DNA of 32,608 bases from Callorhinchus milii. Its lineage: Eukaryota. Location: assembly GCF_018977255.1 (NCBI RefSeq), contig NW_024705595.1:1-32608 (forward strand), read 5' to 3'. The notes below the pieces were generated by a model that was given only the letters and a program-made list of their open reading frames with translations, ran no database searches and was not told where the DNA came from. Shown here one piece after another: positions 13,001-27,700 of the stretch (positions are counted from its first letter, which is position 1; each line of letters begins with the position of its first letter). The position numbers and the translations under genes were made by a program.

Positions 13001-14104
13001 AATGGACTTCAGAACAACGAGTAGATGAGTCTGACTCTCGTTCACAACAAAATCAAGCACTTGGCATTAGAAAATAAGCAGAGTGCTCGAAATTGCTGTA
13101 AACGTGAACAGAAAAGATTTATCGACTTGGTGGCACAACATTTCCATTGAGTGAGTGAGCACGAACCACCGATGTTTGCGTTGCAGGCTCGAACGGAGCT
13201 TTCCGAAGGTCCCCGTGGATCTCACACTCGACCTCCTTGAGCCAACACCATTCACTGAGATGTGCCTCTTCTAGCAGGACAGGAACGAGGTATGCGAATG
13301 TCCGTCCTATGCTGCTCCACTCGTCTGCATCGCCTTAAGAATGCGCAGTCTCCTCCCACCAACTCCACGACATAATGGGCCGGATTAACGTCGCTCAGGG
13401 TACCTTGGAAATCATGCACGAATTCATGATCATTATTTAATAATAAATGCACGCATCGCTTTACACTTTTCAAAGTGCAACGAATCATTCGGGTGCTAAT
13501 GCTTCTGCTGCTTTGGCAGCGGTGCACAAGCACAATTGAAAACAAATCAACAACTTGAGGCTTCTTCATCAATACGCTGCGTTTGCGGCCTGCTACAATG
13601 GACTTCAGAACAACGAGTAGATGAGTCTGACTCTCGTTCACAACAAAATCAAGCACTTGGCATTAGAAAATAAGCAGAGTGCTCGAAATTGCTGTAAACG
13701 TGAACAGAAAAGATTTATCGACTTGGTGGCACAACATTTCCATTGAGTGTGTGAGCACGAACCACCGATGTTTGCGTTGCAGGCTCGAACGGAGCTTTCC
13801 GAAGGTCCCCGTGGATCTCAATTGAAAACAAATCAACAACTTGAGGCTTCTTCATCAATACGCTGCGTTTGCGGCCTGCTACAATGGACTTCAGAACAAC
13901 GAGTAGATGAGTCTGACTCTCGTTCACAACAAAATCAAGCACTTGGCATTAGAAAATAAGCAGAGTGCTCGAAATTGCTGTAAACGTGAACAGAAAAGAT
14001 TTATCGACTTGGTGGCACAACATTTCCATTGAGTGAGTGAGCACGAACCACCGATGTTTGCGTTGCAGGCTCGAACGGAGCTTTCCGAAGGTCCCCGTGG
14101 ATCT

Positions 14105-17100
14105 CACACTCGACCTCCTTGAGCCAACACCATTCACTGAGATGTGCCTCTTCTAGCAGGACAGGAACGAGGTATGCGAATGTCCGTCCTATGCTGCTCC
14201 ACTCGTCTGCATCGCCTTAAGAATGCGCAGTCTCCTCCACCAACTCCACGACATAATGGGCCGGATTAACGTCGCTCAGGGTACCTTGGAAATCATGCAC
14301 GAATTCATGATCATTATTAATAATAAATGCACGCATCGCTTTACACTTTTCAAAGTGCAACGAATCATTCGGGTGCTAATGCTTCTGCTGCTTTGGCAGC
14401 GGTGCACAAGCACAATTGAAAACAAATCAACAACTTGAGGCTTCTTCATCAATACGCTGCGTTTGCGGCCTGCTACAATGGACTTCAGAACAACGAGTAG
14501 ATGAGTCTGACTCTCGTTCACAACAAAATCAAGCACTTGGCATTAGAAAATAAGCAGAGTGCTCGAAATTGCTGTAAACGTGAACAGAAAAGATTTATCG
14601 ACTTGGTGGCACAACATTTCCATTGAGTGAGTGAGCACGAACCACCGATGTTTGCGTTGCAGGCTCGAACGGAGCTTTCCGAAGGTCCCCGTGGATCTCA
14701 CACTCGACCTCCTTGAGCCAACACCATTCACTGAGATGTGCCTCTTCTAGCAGGACAGGAACGAGGTATGCGAATGTCCGTCCTATGCTGCTCCACTCGT
14801 CTGCATCGCCTTAAGAATGCGCAGTCTCCTCCCACCAACTCCACGACATAATGGGCCGGATTAACGTCGCTCAGGGTACCTTGGAAATCATTCACGAATT
14901 CATGATCATTTATTTAATCATAAATGCACGCATCGCTTTACACTTTTCAAAGTGCAACGAATCATTCGGGTGCTAATGCTTCTGCTGCTTTGGCAGCGGT
15001 GCACAAGCACAATTGAAAACAAATCAACAACTTGAGGCTTCTTCATCAATACGCTGTGTTTGCGGCCTGCTACAATGGACTTCAGAACAACGAGTAGATG
15101 AGTCTGACTCTCGTTCACAACAAAATCAAGCACTTGGCATTAGAAAATAAGCAGAGTGCTCGAAATTGCTGTAAACGTGAACAGAAAAGATTTATCGACT
15201 TGGTGGCACAACATTTCCATTGAGTGTGTGAGCACGAACCACCGATGTTTGCGTTGCAGGCTCGAACGGAGCTTTCCGAAGGTCCCCGTGGATCTCAATT
15301 GAAAACAAATCAACAACTTGAGACTTCTTCATCAATACGTTGCGTTTGCGGCCTGCTACAATGGACTTCAGAACAACGAGTAGATGAGTCTGACTCTCGT
15401 TCACAACAAAATCAAGCACTTGGCATTAGAAAATAAGCAGAGTGCTCGAAATTGCTGTAAACGTGAACAGAAAAGATTTATCGACTTGGTGGCACAACAT
15501 TTCCATTGAGTGTGTGAGCACGAACCACCGATGTTTGCGTTGCAGGCTCGAACGGAGCTTTCCGAAGGTCCCCGTGGATCTCAATTGAAAACAAATCAAC
15601 AACTTGAGGCTTCTTCATCAATACGCTGCGTTTGCGGCCTGCTACAATGGACTTCAGAACAACGAGTAGATGAGTCTGACTCTCGTTCACAACAAAATCA
15701 AGCACTTGGCATTAGAAAATAAGCAGAGTGCTCGAAATTGCTGTAAACGTGAACAGAAAAGATTTATCGACTTGGTGGCACAACATTTCCATTGAGTGTG
15801 TGAGCACGAACCACCGATGTTTGCGTTGCAGGCTCGAACGGAGCTTTCCGAAGGTCCCCGTGGATCTCAATTGAAAACAAATCAACAACTTGAGGCTTCT
15901 TCATCAATACGCTGCGTTTGCGGCCTGCTACAATGGACTTCAGAACAACGAGTAGATGAGTCTGACTCTCGTTCACAACAAAATCAAGCACTTGGCATTA
16001 GAAAATAAGCAGAGTGCTCGAAATTGCTGTAAACGTGAACAGAAAAGATTTATCGACTTGGTGGCACAACATTTCCATTGAGTGTGTGAGCACGAACCAC
16101 CGATGTTTGCGTTGCAGGCTCGAACGGAGCTTTCCGAAGGTCCCCGTGGATCTCAATTGAAAACAAATCAACAACTTGAGACTTCTTCATCAATACGCTG
16201 CGTTTGCGGCCTGCTACAATGGACTTCAGAACAACGAGTAGATGAGTCTGACTCTCGTTCACAACAAAATCAAGCACTTGGCATTAGAAAATAAGCAGAG
16301 TGCTCGAAATTGCTGTAAACGTGAACAGAAAAGATTTATCGACTTGGTGGCACAACATTTCCATTGAGTGAGTGAGCACGAACCACCGATGTTTGCGTTG
16401 CAGGCTCGAACGGAGCTTTCCGAAGGTCCCCGTGGATCTCACACTCGACCTCCTTGAGCCAACACCATTCACTGAGATGTGCCTCTTCTAGCAGGACAGG
16501 AACGAGGTATGCGAATGTCCGTCCTATGCTGCTCCACTCGTCTGCATCGCCTTAAGAATGCGCAGTCTCCTCCCACCAACTCCACGACATAATGGGCCGG
16601 ATTAACGTCGCTCAGGGTACCTTGGAAATCATGCACGAATTCATGATCATTATTTAAATAATAAATGCACGCATCGCTTTACACTTTTCAAAGTGCAACG
16701 AATCATTCGGGTGCTAATGCTTCTGCTGCTTTGGCAGCGGTGCACAAGCACAATTGAAAACAAATCAACAACTTGAGGCTTCTTCATCAATACGCTGTGT
16801 TTGCGGCCTGCTACAATGGACTTCAGAACAACGAGTAGATGAGTCTGACTCTCGTTCACAACAAAATCAAGCACTTGGCATTAGAAAATAAGCAGAGTGC
16901 TCGAAATTGCTGTAAACGTGAACAGAAAAGATTTATCGACTTGGTGGCACAACATTTCCATTGAGTGTGTGAGCACGAACCACCGATGTTTGCGTTGCAG
17001 GCTCGAACGGAGCTTTCCGAAGGTCCCCGTGGATCTCACACTCGACCTCCTTGAGCCAACACCATTCACTGAGATGTGCCTCTTCTAGCAGGACAGGAAC

Positions 17101-20100
17101 GAGGTATGCGAATGTCCGTCCTATGCTGCTCCACTCGTCTGCATCGCCTTAAGAATGCGCAGTCTCCTCCCACCAACTCCACGACATAATGGGCCGGATT
17201 AACGTCGCTCAGGGTACCTTGGAAATCATTCACGAATTCATGATCATTATTTAAATCATAAATGCACGCATCGCTTTACACTTTTCAAAGTGCAACGAAT
17301 CATTCGGGTGCTAATGCTTCTGCTGCTTTGGCAGCGGTGCACAAGCACAATTGAAAACAAATCAACAACTTGAGGCTTCTTCATCAATACGCTGTGTTTG
17401 CGGCCTGCTACAATGGACTTCAGAACAACGAGTAGATGAGTCTGACTCTCGTTCACAACAAAATCAAGCACTTGGCATTAGAAAATAAGCAGAGTGCTCG
17501 AAATTGCTGTAAACGTGAACAGAAAAGATTTATCGACTTGGTGGCACAACATTTCCATTGAGTGTGTGAGCACGAACCACCGATGTTTGCGTTGCAGGCT
17601 CGAACGGAGCTTTCCGAAGGTCCCCGTGGATCTCAATTGAAAACAAATCAACAACTTGAGACTTCTTCATCAATACGTTGCGTTTGCGGCCTGCTACAAT
17701 GGACTTCAGAACAACGAGTAGATGAGTCTGACTCTCGTTCACAACAAAATCAAGCACTTGGCATTAGAAAATAAGCAGAGTGCTCGAAATTGCTGTAAAC
17801 GTGAACAGAAAAGATTTATCGACTTGGTGGCACAACATTTCCATTGAGTGTGTGAGCACGAACCACCGATGTTTGCGTTGCAGGCTCGAACGGAGCTTTC
17901 CGAAGGTCCCCGTGGATCTCAATTGAAAACAAATCAACAACTTGAGCTTCTTCATCAATACGCTGCGTTTGCGGCCTGCTACAATGGACTTCAGAACAAC
18001 GAGTAGATGAGTCTGACTCTCGTTCACAACAAAATCAAGCACTTGGCATTAGAAAATAAGCAGAGTGCTCGAAATTGCTGTAAACGTGAACAGAAAAGAT
18101 TTATCGACTTGGTGGCACAACATTTCCATTGAGTGAGTGAGCACGAACCACCGATGTTTGCGTTGCAGGCTCGAACGGAGCTTTCCGAAGGTCCCCGTGG
18201 ATCTCAATTGAAAACAAATCAACAACTTGAGGCTTCTTCATCAATACGCTGTGTTTGCGGCCTGCTACAATGGACTTCAGAACAACGAGTAGATGAGTCT
18301 GACTCTCGTTCACAACAAAATCAAGCACTTGGCATTAGAAAATAAGCAGAGTGCTCGAAATTGCTGTAAACGTGAACAGAAAAGATTTATCGACTTGGTG
18401 GCACAACATTTCCATTGAGTGTGTGAGCACGAACCACCGATGTTTGCGTTGCAGGCTCGAACGGAGCTTTCCGAAGGTCCCCGTGGATCTCAATTGAAAA
18501 CAAATCAACAACTTGAGACTTCTTCATCAATACGCTGCGTTTGCGGCCTGCTACAATGGACTTCAGAACAACGAGTAGATGAGTCTGACTCTCGTTCACA
18601 ACAAAATCAAGCACTTGGCATTAGAAAATAAGCAGAGTGCTCGAAATTGCTGTAAACGTGAACAGAAAAGATTTATCGACTTGGTGGCACAACATTTCCA
18701 TTGAGTGAGTGAGCACGAACCACCGATGTTTGCGTTGCAGGCTCGAACGGAGCTTTCCGAAGGTCCCCGTGGATCTCACACTCGACCTCCTTGAGCCAAC
18801 ACCATTCACTGAGATGTGCCTCTTCTAGCAGGACAGGAACGAGGTATGCGAATGTCCGTCCTATGCTGCTCCACTCGTCTGCATCGCCTTAAGAATGCGC
18901 AGTCTCCTCCACCAACTCCACGACATAATGGGCCGGATTAACGTCGCTCAGGGTACCTTGGAAATCATGCACGAATTCATGATCATTATTTAATAATAAA
19001 TGCACGCATCGCTTTACACTTTTCAAAGTGCAACGAATCATTCGGGTGCTAATGCTTCTGCTGCTTTGGCAGCGGTGCACAAGCACAATTGAAAACAAAT
19101 CAACAACTTGAGGCTTCTTCATCAATACGCTGTGTTTGCGGCCTGCTACAATGGACTTCAGAACAACGAGTAGATGAGTCTGACTCTCGTTCACAACAAA
19201 ATCAAGCACTTGGCATTAGAAAATAAGCAGAGTGCTCGAAATTGCTGTAAACGTGAACAGAAAAGATTTATCGACTTGGTGGCACAACATTTCCATTGAG
19301 TGTGTGAGCACGAACCACCGATGTTTGCGTTGCAGGCTCGAACGGAGCTTTCCGAAGGTCCCCGTGGATCTCACACTCGACCTCCTTGAGCCAACACCAT
19401 TCACTGAGATGTGCCTCTTCTAGCAGGACAGGAACGAGGTATGCGAATGTCCGTCCTATGCTGCTCCACTCGTCTGCATCGCCTTAAGAATGCGCAGTCT
19501 CCTCCCACCAACTCCACGACATAATGGGCCGGATTAACGTCGCTCAGGGTACCTTGGAAATCATCACGAATTCATGATCATTATTTAATATAAATGCACG
19601 CATCGCTTTACACTTTTCAAAGTGCAACGAATCATTCGGGTGCTAATGCTTCTGCTGCTTTGGCAGCGGTGCACAAGCACAATTGAAAACAAATCAACAA
19701 CTTGAGGCTTCTTCATCAATACGCTGTGTTTGCGGCCTGCTACAATGGACTTCAGAACAACGAGTAGATGAGTCTGACTCTCGTTCACAACAAAATCAAG
19801 CACTTGGCATTAGAAAATAAGCAGAGTGCTCGAAATTGCTGTAAACGTGAACAGAAAAGATTTATCGACTTGGTGGCACAACATTTCCATTGAGTGTGTG
19901 AGCACGAACCACCGATGTTTGCGTTGCAGGCTCGAACGGAGCTTTCCGAAGGTCCCCGTGGATCTCAATTGAAAACAAATCAACAACTTGAGACTTCTTC
20001 ATCAATACGTTGCGTTTGCGGCCTGCTACAATGGACTTCAGAACAACGAGTAGATGAGTCTGACTCTCGTTCACAACAAAATCAAGCACTTGGCATTAGA

Positions 20101-21108
20101 AAATAAGCAGAGTGCTCGAAATTGCTGTAAACGTGAACAGAAAAGATTTATCGACTTGGTGGCACAACATTTCCATTGAGTGTGTGAGCACGAACCACCG
20201 ATGTTTGCGTTGCAGGCTCGAACGGAGCTTTCCGAAGGTCCCCGTGGATCTCAATTGAAAACAAATCAACAACTTGAGCTTCTTCATCAATACGCTGCGT
20301 TTGCGGCCTGCTACAATGGACTTCAGAACAACGAGTAGATGAGTCTGACTCTCGTTCACAACAAAATCAAGCACTTGGCATTAGAAAATAAGCAGAGTGC
20401 TCGAAATTGCTGTAAACGTGAACAGAAAAGATTTATCGACTTGGTGGCACAACATTTCCATTGAGTGTGTGAGCACGAACCACCGATGTTTGCGTTGCAG
20501 GCTCGAACGGAGCTTTCCGAAGGTCCCCGTGGATCTCAATTGAAAACAAATCAACAACTTGAGACTTCTTCATCAATACGCTGCGTTTGCGGCCTGCTAC
20601 AATGGACTTCAGAACAACGAGTAGATGAGTCTGACTCTCGTTCACAACAAAATCAAGCACTTGGCATTAGAAAATAAGCAGAGTGCTCGAAATTGCTGTA
20701 AACGTGAACAGAAAAGATTTATCGACTTGGTGGCACAACATTTCCATTGAGTGTGTGAGCACGAACCACCGATGTTTGCGTTGCAGGCTCGAACGGAGCT
20801 TTCCGAAGGTCCCCGTGGATCTCAATTGAAAACAAATCAACAACTTGAGACTTCTTCATCAATACGCTGCGTTTGCGGCCTGCTACAATGGACTTCAGAA
20901 CAACGAGTAGATGAGTCTGACTCTCGTTCACAACAAAATCAAGCACTTGGCATTAGAAAATAAGCAGAGTGCTCGAAATTGCTGTAAACGTGAACAGAAA
21001 AGATTTATCGACTTGGTGGCACAACATTTCCATTGAGTGAGTGAGCACGAACCACCGATGTTTGCGTTGCAGGCTCGAACGGAGCTTTCCGAAGGTCCCC
21101 GTGGATCT
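14105..21108. repeat. Higher-order repeat (LLSSSS) x3, period ~2.33 kb
   Basis: Equivalent positions 14536, 16874, 19209 and 21542 are 2338, 2335 and 2333 bp apart. In each block the first S carries the same AATACGTTGCG variant. Confidence 0.88.
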
Positions 21109-21704
21109 CACACTCGACCTCCTTGAGCCAACACCATTCACTGAGATGTGCCTCTTCTAGCAGGACAGGAACGAGGTATGCGAATGTCCGTCCTATGCTG
21201 CTCCACTCGTCTGCATCGCCTTAAGAATGCGCAGTCTCCTCCCACCAACTCCACGACATAATGGGCCGGATTAACGTCGCTCAGGGTACCTTGGAAATCA
21301 TGCACGAATTCATGATCATTATTTAATAATAAATGCACGCATCGCTTTACACTTTTCAAAGTGCAACGAATCATTCGGGTGCTAATGCTTCTGCTGCTTT
21401 GGCAGCGGTGCACAAGCACAATTGAAAACAAATCAACAACTTGAGGCTTCTTCATCAATACGCTGTGTTTGCGGCCTGCTACAATGGACTTCAGAACAAC
21501 GAGTAGATGAGTCTGACTCTCGTTCACAACAAAATCAAGCACTTGGCATTAGAAAATAAGCAGAGTGCTCGAAATTGCTGTAAACGTGAACAGAAAAGAT
21601 TTATCGACTTGGTGGCACAACATTTCCATTGAGTGTGTGAGCACGAACCACCGATGTTTGCGTTGCAGGCTCGAACGGAGCTTTCCGAAGGTCCCCGTGG
21701 ATCT

Positions 21705-24700
21705 CACACTCGACCTCCTTGAGCCAACACCATTCACTGAGATGTGCCTCTTCTAGCAGGACAGGAACGAGGTATGCGAATGTCCGTCCTATGCTGCTCC
21801 ACTCGTCTGCATCGCCTTAAGAATGCGCAGTCTCCTCCCACCAACTCCACGACATAATGGGCCGGATTAACGTCGCTCAGGGTACCTTGGAAATCATCAC
21901 GAATTCATGATCATTATTTAAATCATAAATGCACGCATCGCTTTACACTTTTCAAAGTGCAACGAATCATTCGGGTGCTAATGCTTCTGCTGCTTTGGCA
22001 GCGGTGCACAAGCACAATTGAAAACAAATCAACAACTTGAGGCTTCTTCATCAATACGCTGTGTTTGCGGCCTGCTACAATGGACTTCAGAACAACGAGT
22101 AGATGAGTCTGACTCTCGTTCACAACAAAATCAAGCACTTGGCATTAGAAAATAAGCAGAGTGCTCGAAATTGCTGTAAACGTGAACAGAAAAGATTTAT
22201 CGACTTGGTGGCACAACATTTCCATTGAGTGTGTGAGCACGAACCACCGATGTTTGCGTTGCAGGCTCGAACGGAGCTTTCCGAAGGTCCCCGTGGATCT
22301 CACACTCGACCTCCTTGAGCCAACACCATTCACTGAGATGTGCCTCTTCTAGCAGGACAGGAACGAGGTATGCGAATGTCCGTCCTATGCTGCTCCACTC
22401 GTCTGCATCGCCTTAAGAATGCGCAGTCTCCTCCCACCAACTCCACGACATAATGGGCCGGATTAACGTCGCTCAGGGTACCTTGGAAATCATGCACGAA
22501 TTCATGATCATTATTTAATATAAATGCACGCATCGCTTTACACTTTTCAAAGTGCAACGAATCATTCGGGTGCTAATGCTTCTGCTGCTTTGGCAGCGGT
22601 GCACAAGCACAATTGAAAACAAATCAACAACTTGAGGCTTCTTCATCAATACGCTGCGTTTGCGGCCTGCTACAATGGACTTCAGAACAACGAGTAGATG
22701 AGTCTGACTCTCGTTCACAACAAAATCAAGCACTTGGCATTAGAAAATAAGCAGAGTGCTCGAAATTGCTGTAAACGTGAACAGAAAAGATTTATCGACT
22801 TGGTGGCACAACATTTCCATTGAGTGTGTGAGCACGAACCACCGATGTTTGCGTTGCAGGCTCGAACGGAGCTTTCCGAAGGTCCCCGTGGATCTCAATT
22901 GAAAACAAATCAACAACTTGAGACTTCTTCATCAATACGCTGCGTTTGCGGCCTGCTACAATGGACTTCAGAACAACGAGTAGATGAGTCTGACTCTCGT
23001 TCACAACAAAATCAAGCACTTGGCATTAGAAAATAAGCAGAGTGCTCGAAATTGCTGTAAACGTGAACAGAAAAGATTTATCGACTTGGTGGCACAACAT
23101 TTCCATTGAGTGAGTGAGCACGAACCACCGATGTTTGCGTTGCAGGCTCGAACGGAGCTTTCCGAAGGTCCCCGTGGATCTCACACTCGACCTCCTTGAG
23201 CCAACACCATTCACTGAGATGTGCCTCTTCTAGCAGGACAGGAACGAGGTATGCGAATGTCCGTCCTATGCTGCTCCACTCGTCTGCATCGCCTTAAGAA
23301 TGCGCAGTCTCCTCCCACCAACTCCACGACATAATGGGCCGGATTAACGTCGCTCAGGGTACCTTGGAAATCATCACGAATTCATGATCATTATTTAATC
23401 ATAAATGCACGCATCGCTTTACACTTTTCAAAGTGCAACGAATCATTCGGGTGCTAATGCTTCTGCTGCTTTGGCAGCGGTGCACAAGCACAATTGAAAA
23501 CAAATCAACAACTTGAGGCTTCTTCATCAATACGCTGTGTTTGCGGCCTGCTACAATGGACTTCAGAACAACGAGTAGATGAGTCTGACTCTCGTTCACA
23601 ACAAAATCAAGCACTTGGCATTAGAAAATAAGCAGAGTGCTCGAAATTGCTGTAAACGTGAACAGAAAAGATTTATCGACTTGGTGGCACAACATTTCCA
23701 TTGAGTGTGTGAGCACGAACCACCGATGTTTGCGTTGCAGGCTCGAACGGAGCTTTCCGAAGGTCCCCGTGGATCTCAATTGAAAACAAATCAACAACTT
23801 GAGACTTCTTCATCAATACGTTGCGTTTGCGGCCTGCTACAATGGACTTCAGAACAACGAGTAGATGAGTCTGACTCTCGTTCACAACAAAATCAAGCAC
23901 TTGGCATTAGAAAATAAGCAGAGTGCTCGAAATTGCTGTAAACGTGAACAGAAAAGATTTATCGACTTGGTGGCACAACATTTCCATTGAGTGAGTGAGC
24001 ACGAACCACCGATGTTTGCGTTGCAGGCTCGAACGGAGCTTTCCGAAGGTCCCCGTGGATCTCACACTCGACCTCCTTGAGCCAACACCATTCACTGAGA
24101 TGTGCCTCTTCTAGCAGGACAGGAACGAGGTATGCGAATGTCCGTCCTATGCTGCTCCACTCGTCTGCATCGCCTTAAGAATGCGCAGTCTCCTCCCACC
24201 AACTCCACGACATAATGGGCCGGATTAACGTCGCTCAGGGTACCTTGGAAATCATCACGAATTCATGATCATTATTTAATATAAATGCACGCATCGCTTT
24301 ACACTTTTCAAAGTGCAACGAATCATTCGGGTGCTAATGCTTCTGCTGCTTTGGCAGCGGTGCACAAGCACAATTGAAAACAAATCAACAACTTGAGGCT
24401 TCTTCATCAATACGCTGTGTTTGCGGCCTGCTACAATGGACTTCAGAACAACGAGTAGATGAGTCTGACTCTCGTTCACAACAAAATCAAGCACTTGGCA
24501 TTAGAAAATAAGCAGAGTGCTCGAAATTGCTGTAAACGTGAACAGAAAAGATTTATCGACTTGGTGGCACAACATTTCCATTGAGTGTGTGAGCACGAAC
24601 CACCGATGTTTGCGTTGCAGGCTCGAACGGAGCTTTCCGAAGGTCCCCGTGGATCTCAATTGAAAACAAATCAACAACTTGAGACTTCTTCATCAATACG

Positions 24701-27700
24701 TTGCGTTTGCGGCCTGCTACAATGGACTTCAGAACAACGAGTAGATGAGTCTGACTCTCGTTCACAACAAAATCAAGCACTTGGCATTAGAAAATAAGCA
24801 GAGTGCTCGAAATTGCTGTAAACGTGAACAGAAAAGATTTATCGACTTGGTGGCACAACATTTCCATTGAGTGAGTGAGCACGAACCACCGATGTTTGCG
24901 TTGCAGGCTCGAACGGAGCTTTCCGAAGGTCCCCGTGGATCTCACACTCGACCTCCTTGAGCCAACACCATTCACTGAGATGTGCCTCTTCTAGCAGGAC
25001 AGGAACGAGGTATGCGAATGTCCGTCCTATGCTGCTCCACTCGTCTGCATCGCCTTAAGAATGCGCAGTCTCCTCCCACCAACTCCACGACATAATGGGC
25101 CGGATTAACGTCGCTCAGGGTACCTTGGAAATCATGCACGAATTCATGATCATTATTTAATAATAAATGCACGCATCGCTTTACACTTTTCAAAGTGCAA
25201 CGAATCATTCGGGTGCTAATGCTTCTGCTGCTTTGGCAGCGGTGCACAAGCACAATTGAAAACAAATCAACAACTTGAGGCTTCTTCATCAATACGCTGT
25301 GTTTGCGGCCTGCTACAATGGACTTCAGAACAACGAGTAGATGAGTCTGACTCTCGTTCACAACAAAATCAAGCACTTGGCATTAGAAAATAAGCAGAGT
25401 GCTCGAAATTGCTGTAAACGTGAACAGAAAAGATTTATCGACTTGGTGGCACAACATTTCCATTGAGTGTGTGAGCACGAACCACCGATGTTTGCGTTGC
25501 AGGCTCGAACGGAGCTTTCCGAAGGTCCCCGTGGATCTCACACTCGACCTCCTTGAGCCAACACCATTCACTGAGATGTGCCTCTTCTAGCAGGACAGGA
25601 ACGAGGTATGCGAATGTCCGTCCTATGCTGCTCCACTCGTCTGCATCGCCTTAAGAATGCGCAGTCTCCTCCCACCAACTCCACGACATAATGGGCCGGA
25701 TTAACGTCGCTCAGGGTACCTTGGAAATCATTCACGAATTCATGATCATTATTTAATATAAATGCACGCATCGCTTTACACTTTTCAAAGTGCAACGAAT
25801 CATTCGGGTGCTAATGCTTCTGCTGCTTTGGCAGCGGTGCACAAGCACAATTGAAAACAAATCAACAACTTGAGGCTTCTTCATCAATACGCTGTGTTTG
25901 CGGCCTGCTACAATGGACTTCAGAACAACGAGTAGATGAGTCTGACTCTCGTTCACAACAAAATCAAGCACTTGGCATTAGAAAATAAGCAGAGTGCTCG
26001 AAATTGCTGTAAACGTGAACAGAAAAGATTTATCGACTTGGTGGCACAACATTTCCATTGAGTGTGTGAGCACGAACCACCGATGTTTGCGTTGCAGGCT
26101 CGAACGGAGCTTTCCGAAGGTCCCCGTGGATCTCAATTGAAAACAAATCAACAACTTGAGACTTCTTCATCAATACGTTGCGTTTGCGGCCTGCTACAAT
26201 GGACTTCAGAACAACGAGTAGATGAGTCTGACTCTCGTTCACAACAAAATCAAGCACTTGGCATTAGAAAATAAGCAGAGTGCTCGAAATTGCTGTAAAC
26301 GTGAACAGAAAAGATTTATCGACTTGGTGGCACAACATTTCCATTGAGTGAGTGAGCACGAACCACCGATGTTTGCGTTGCAGGCTCGAACGGAGCTTTC
26401 CGAAGGTCCCCGTGGATCTCACACTCGACCTCCTTGAGCCAACACCATTCACTGAGATGTGCCTCTTCTAGCAGGACAGGAACGAGGTATGCGAATGTCC
26501 GTCCTATGCTGCTCCACTCGTCTGCATCGCCTTAAGAATGCGCAGTCTCCTCCCACCAACTCCACGACATAATGGGCCGGATTAACGTCGCTCAGGGTAC
26601 CTTGGAAATCATGCACGAATTCATGATCATTTATTTAATATAAATGCACGCATCGCTTTACACTTTTCAAAGTGCAACGAATCATTCGGGTGCTAATGCT
26701 TCTGCTGCTTTGGCAGCGGTGCACAAGCACAATTGAAAACAAATCAACAACTTGAGGCTTCTTCATCAATACGCTGTGTTTGCGGCCTGCTACAATGGAC
26801 TTCAGAACAACGAGTAGATGAGTCTGACTCTCGTTCACAACAAAATCAAGCACTTGGCATTAGAAAATAAGCAGAGTGCTCGAAATTGCTGTAAACGTGA
26901 ACAGAAAAGATTTATCGACTTGGTGGCACAACATTTCCATTGAGTGTGTGAGCACGAACCACCGATGTTTGCGTTGCAGGCTCGAACGGAGCTTTCCGAA
27001 GGTCCCCGTGGATCTCAATTGAAAACAAATCAACAACTTGAGACTTCTTCATCAATACGCTGCGTTTGCGGCCTGCTACAATGGACTTCAGAACAACGAG
27101 TAGATGAGTCTGACTCTCGTTCACAACAAAATCAAGCACTTGGCATTAGAAAATAAGCAGAGTGCTCGAAATTGCTGTAAACGTGAACAGAAAAGATTTA
27201 TCGACTTGGTGGCACAACATTTCCATTGAGTGAGTGAGCACGAACCACCGATGTTTGCGTTGCAGGCTCGAACGGAGCTTTCCGAAGGTCCCCGTGGATC
27301 TCACACTCGACCTCCTTGAGCCAACACCATTCACTGAGATGTGCCTCTTCTAGCAGGACAGGAACGAGGTATGCGAATGTCCGTCCTATGCTGCTCCACT
27401 CGTCTGCATCGCCTTAAGAATGCGCAGTCTCCTCCCACCAACTCCACGACATAATGGGCCGGATTAACGTCGCTCAGGGTACCTTGGAAATCATGCACGA
27501 ATTCATGATCATTATTTAATAATAAATGCACGCATCGCTTTACACTTTTCAAAGTGCAACGAATCATTCGGGTGCTAATGCTTCTGCTGCTTTGGCAGCG
27601 GTGCACAAGCACAATTGAAAACAAATCAACAACTTGAGGCTTCTTCATCAATACGCTGTGTTTGCGGCCTGCTACAATGGACTTCAGAACAACGAGTAGA

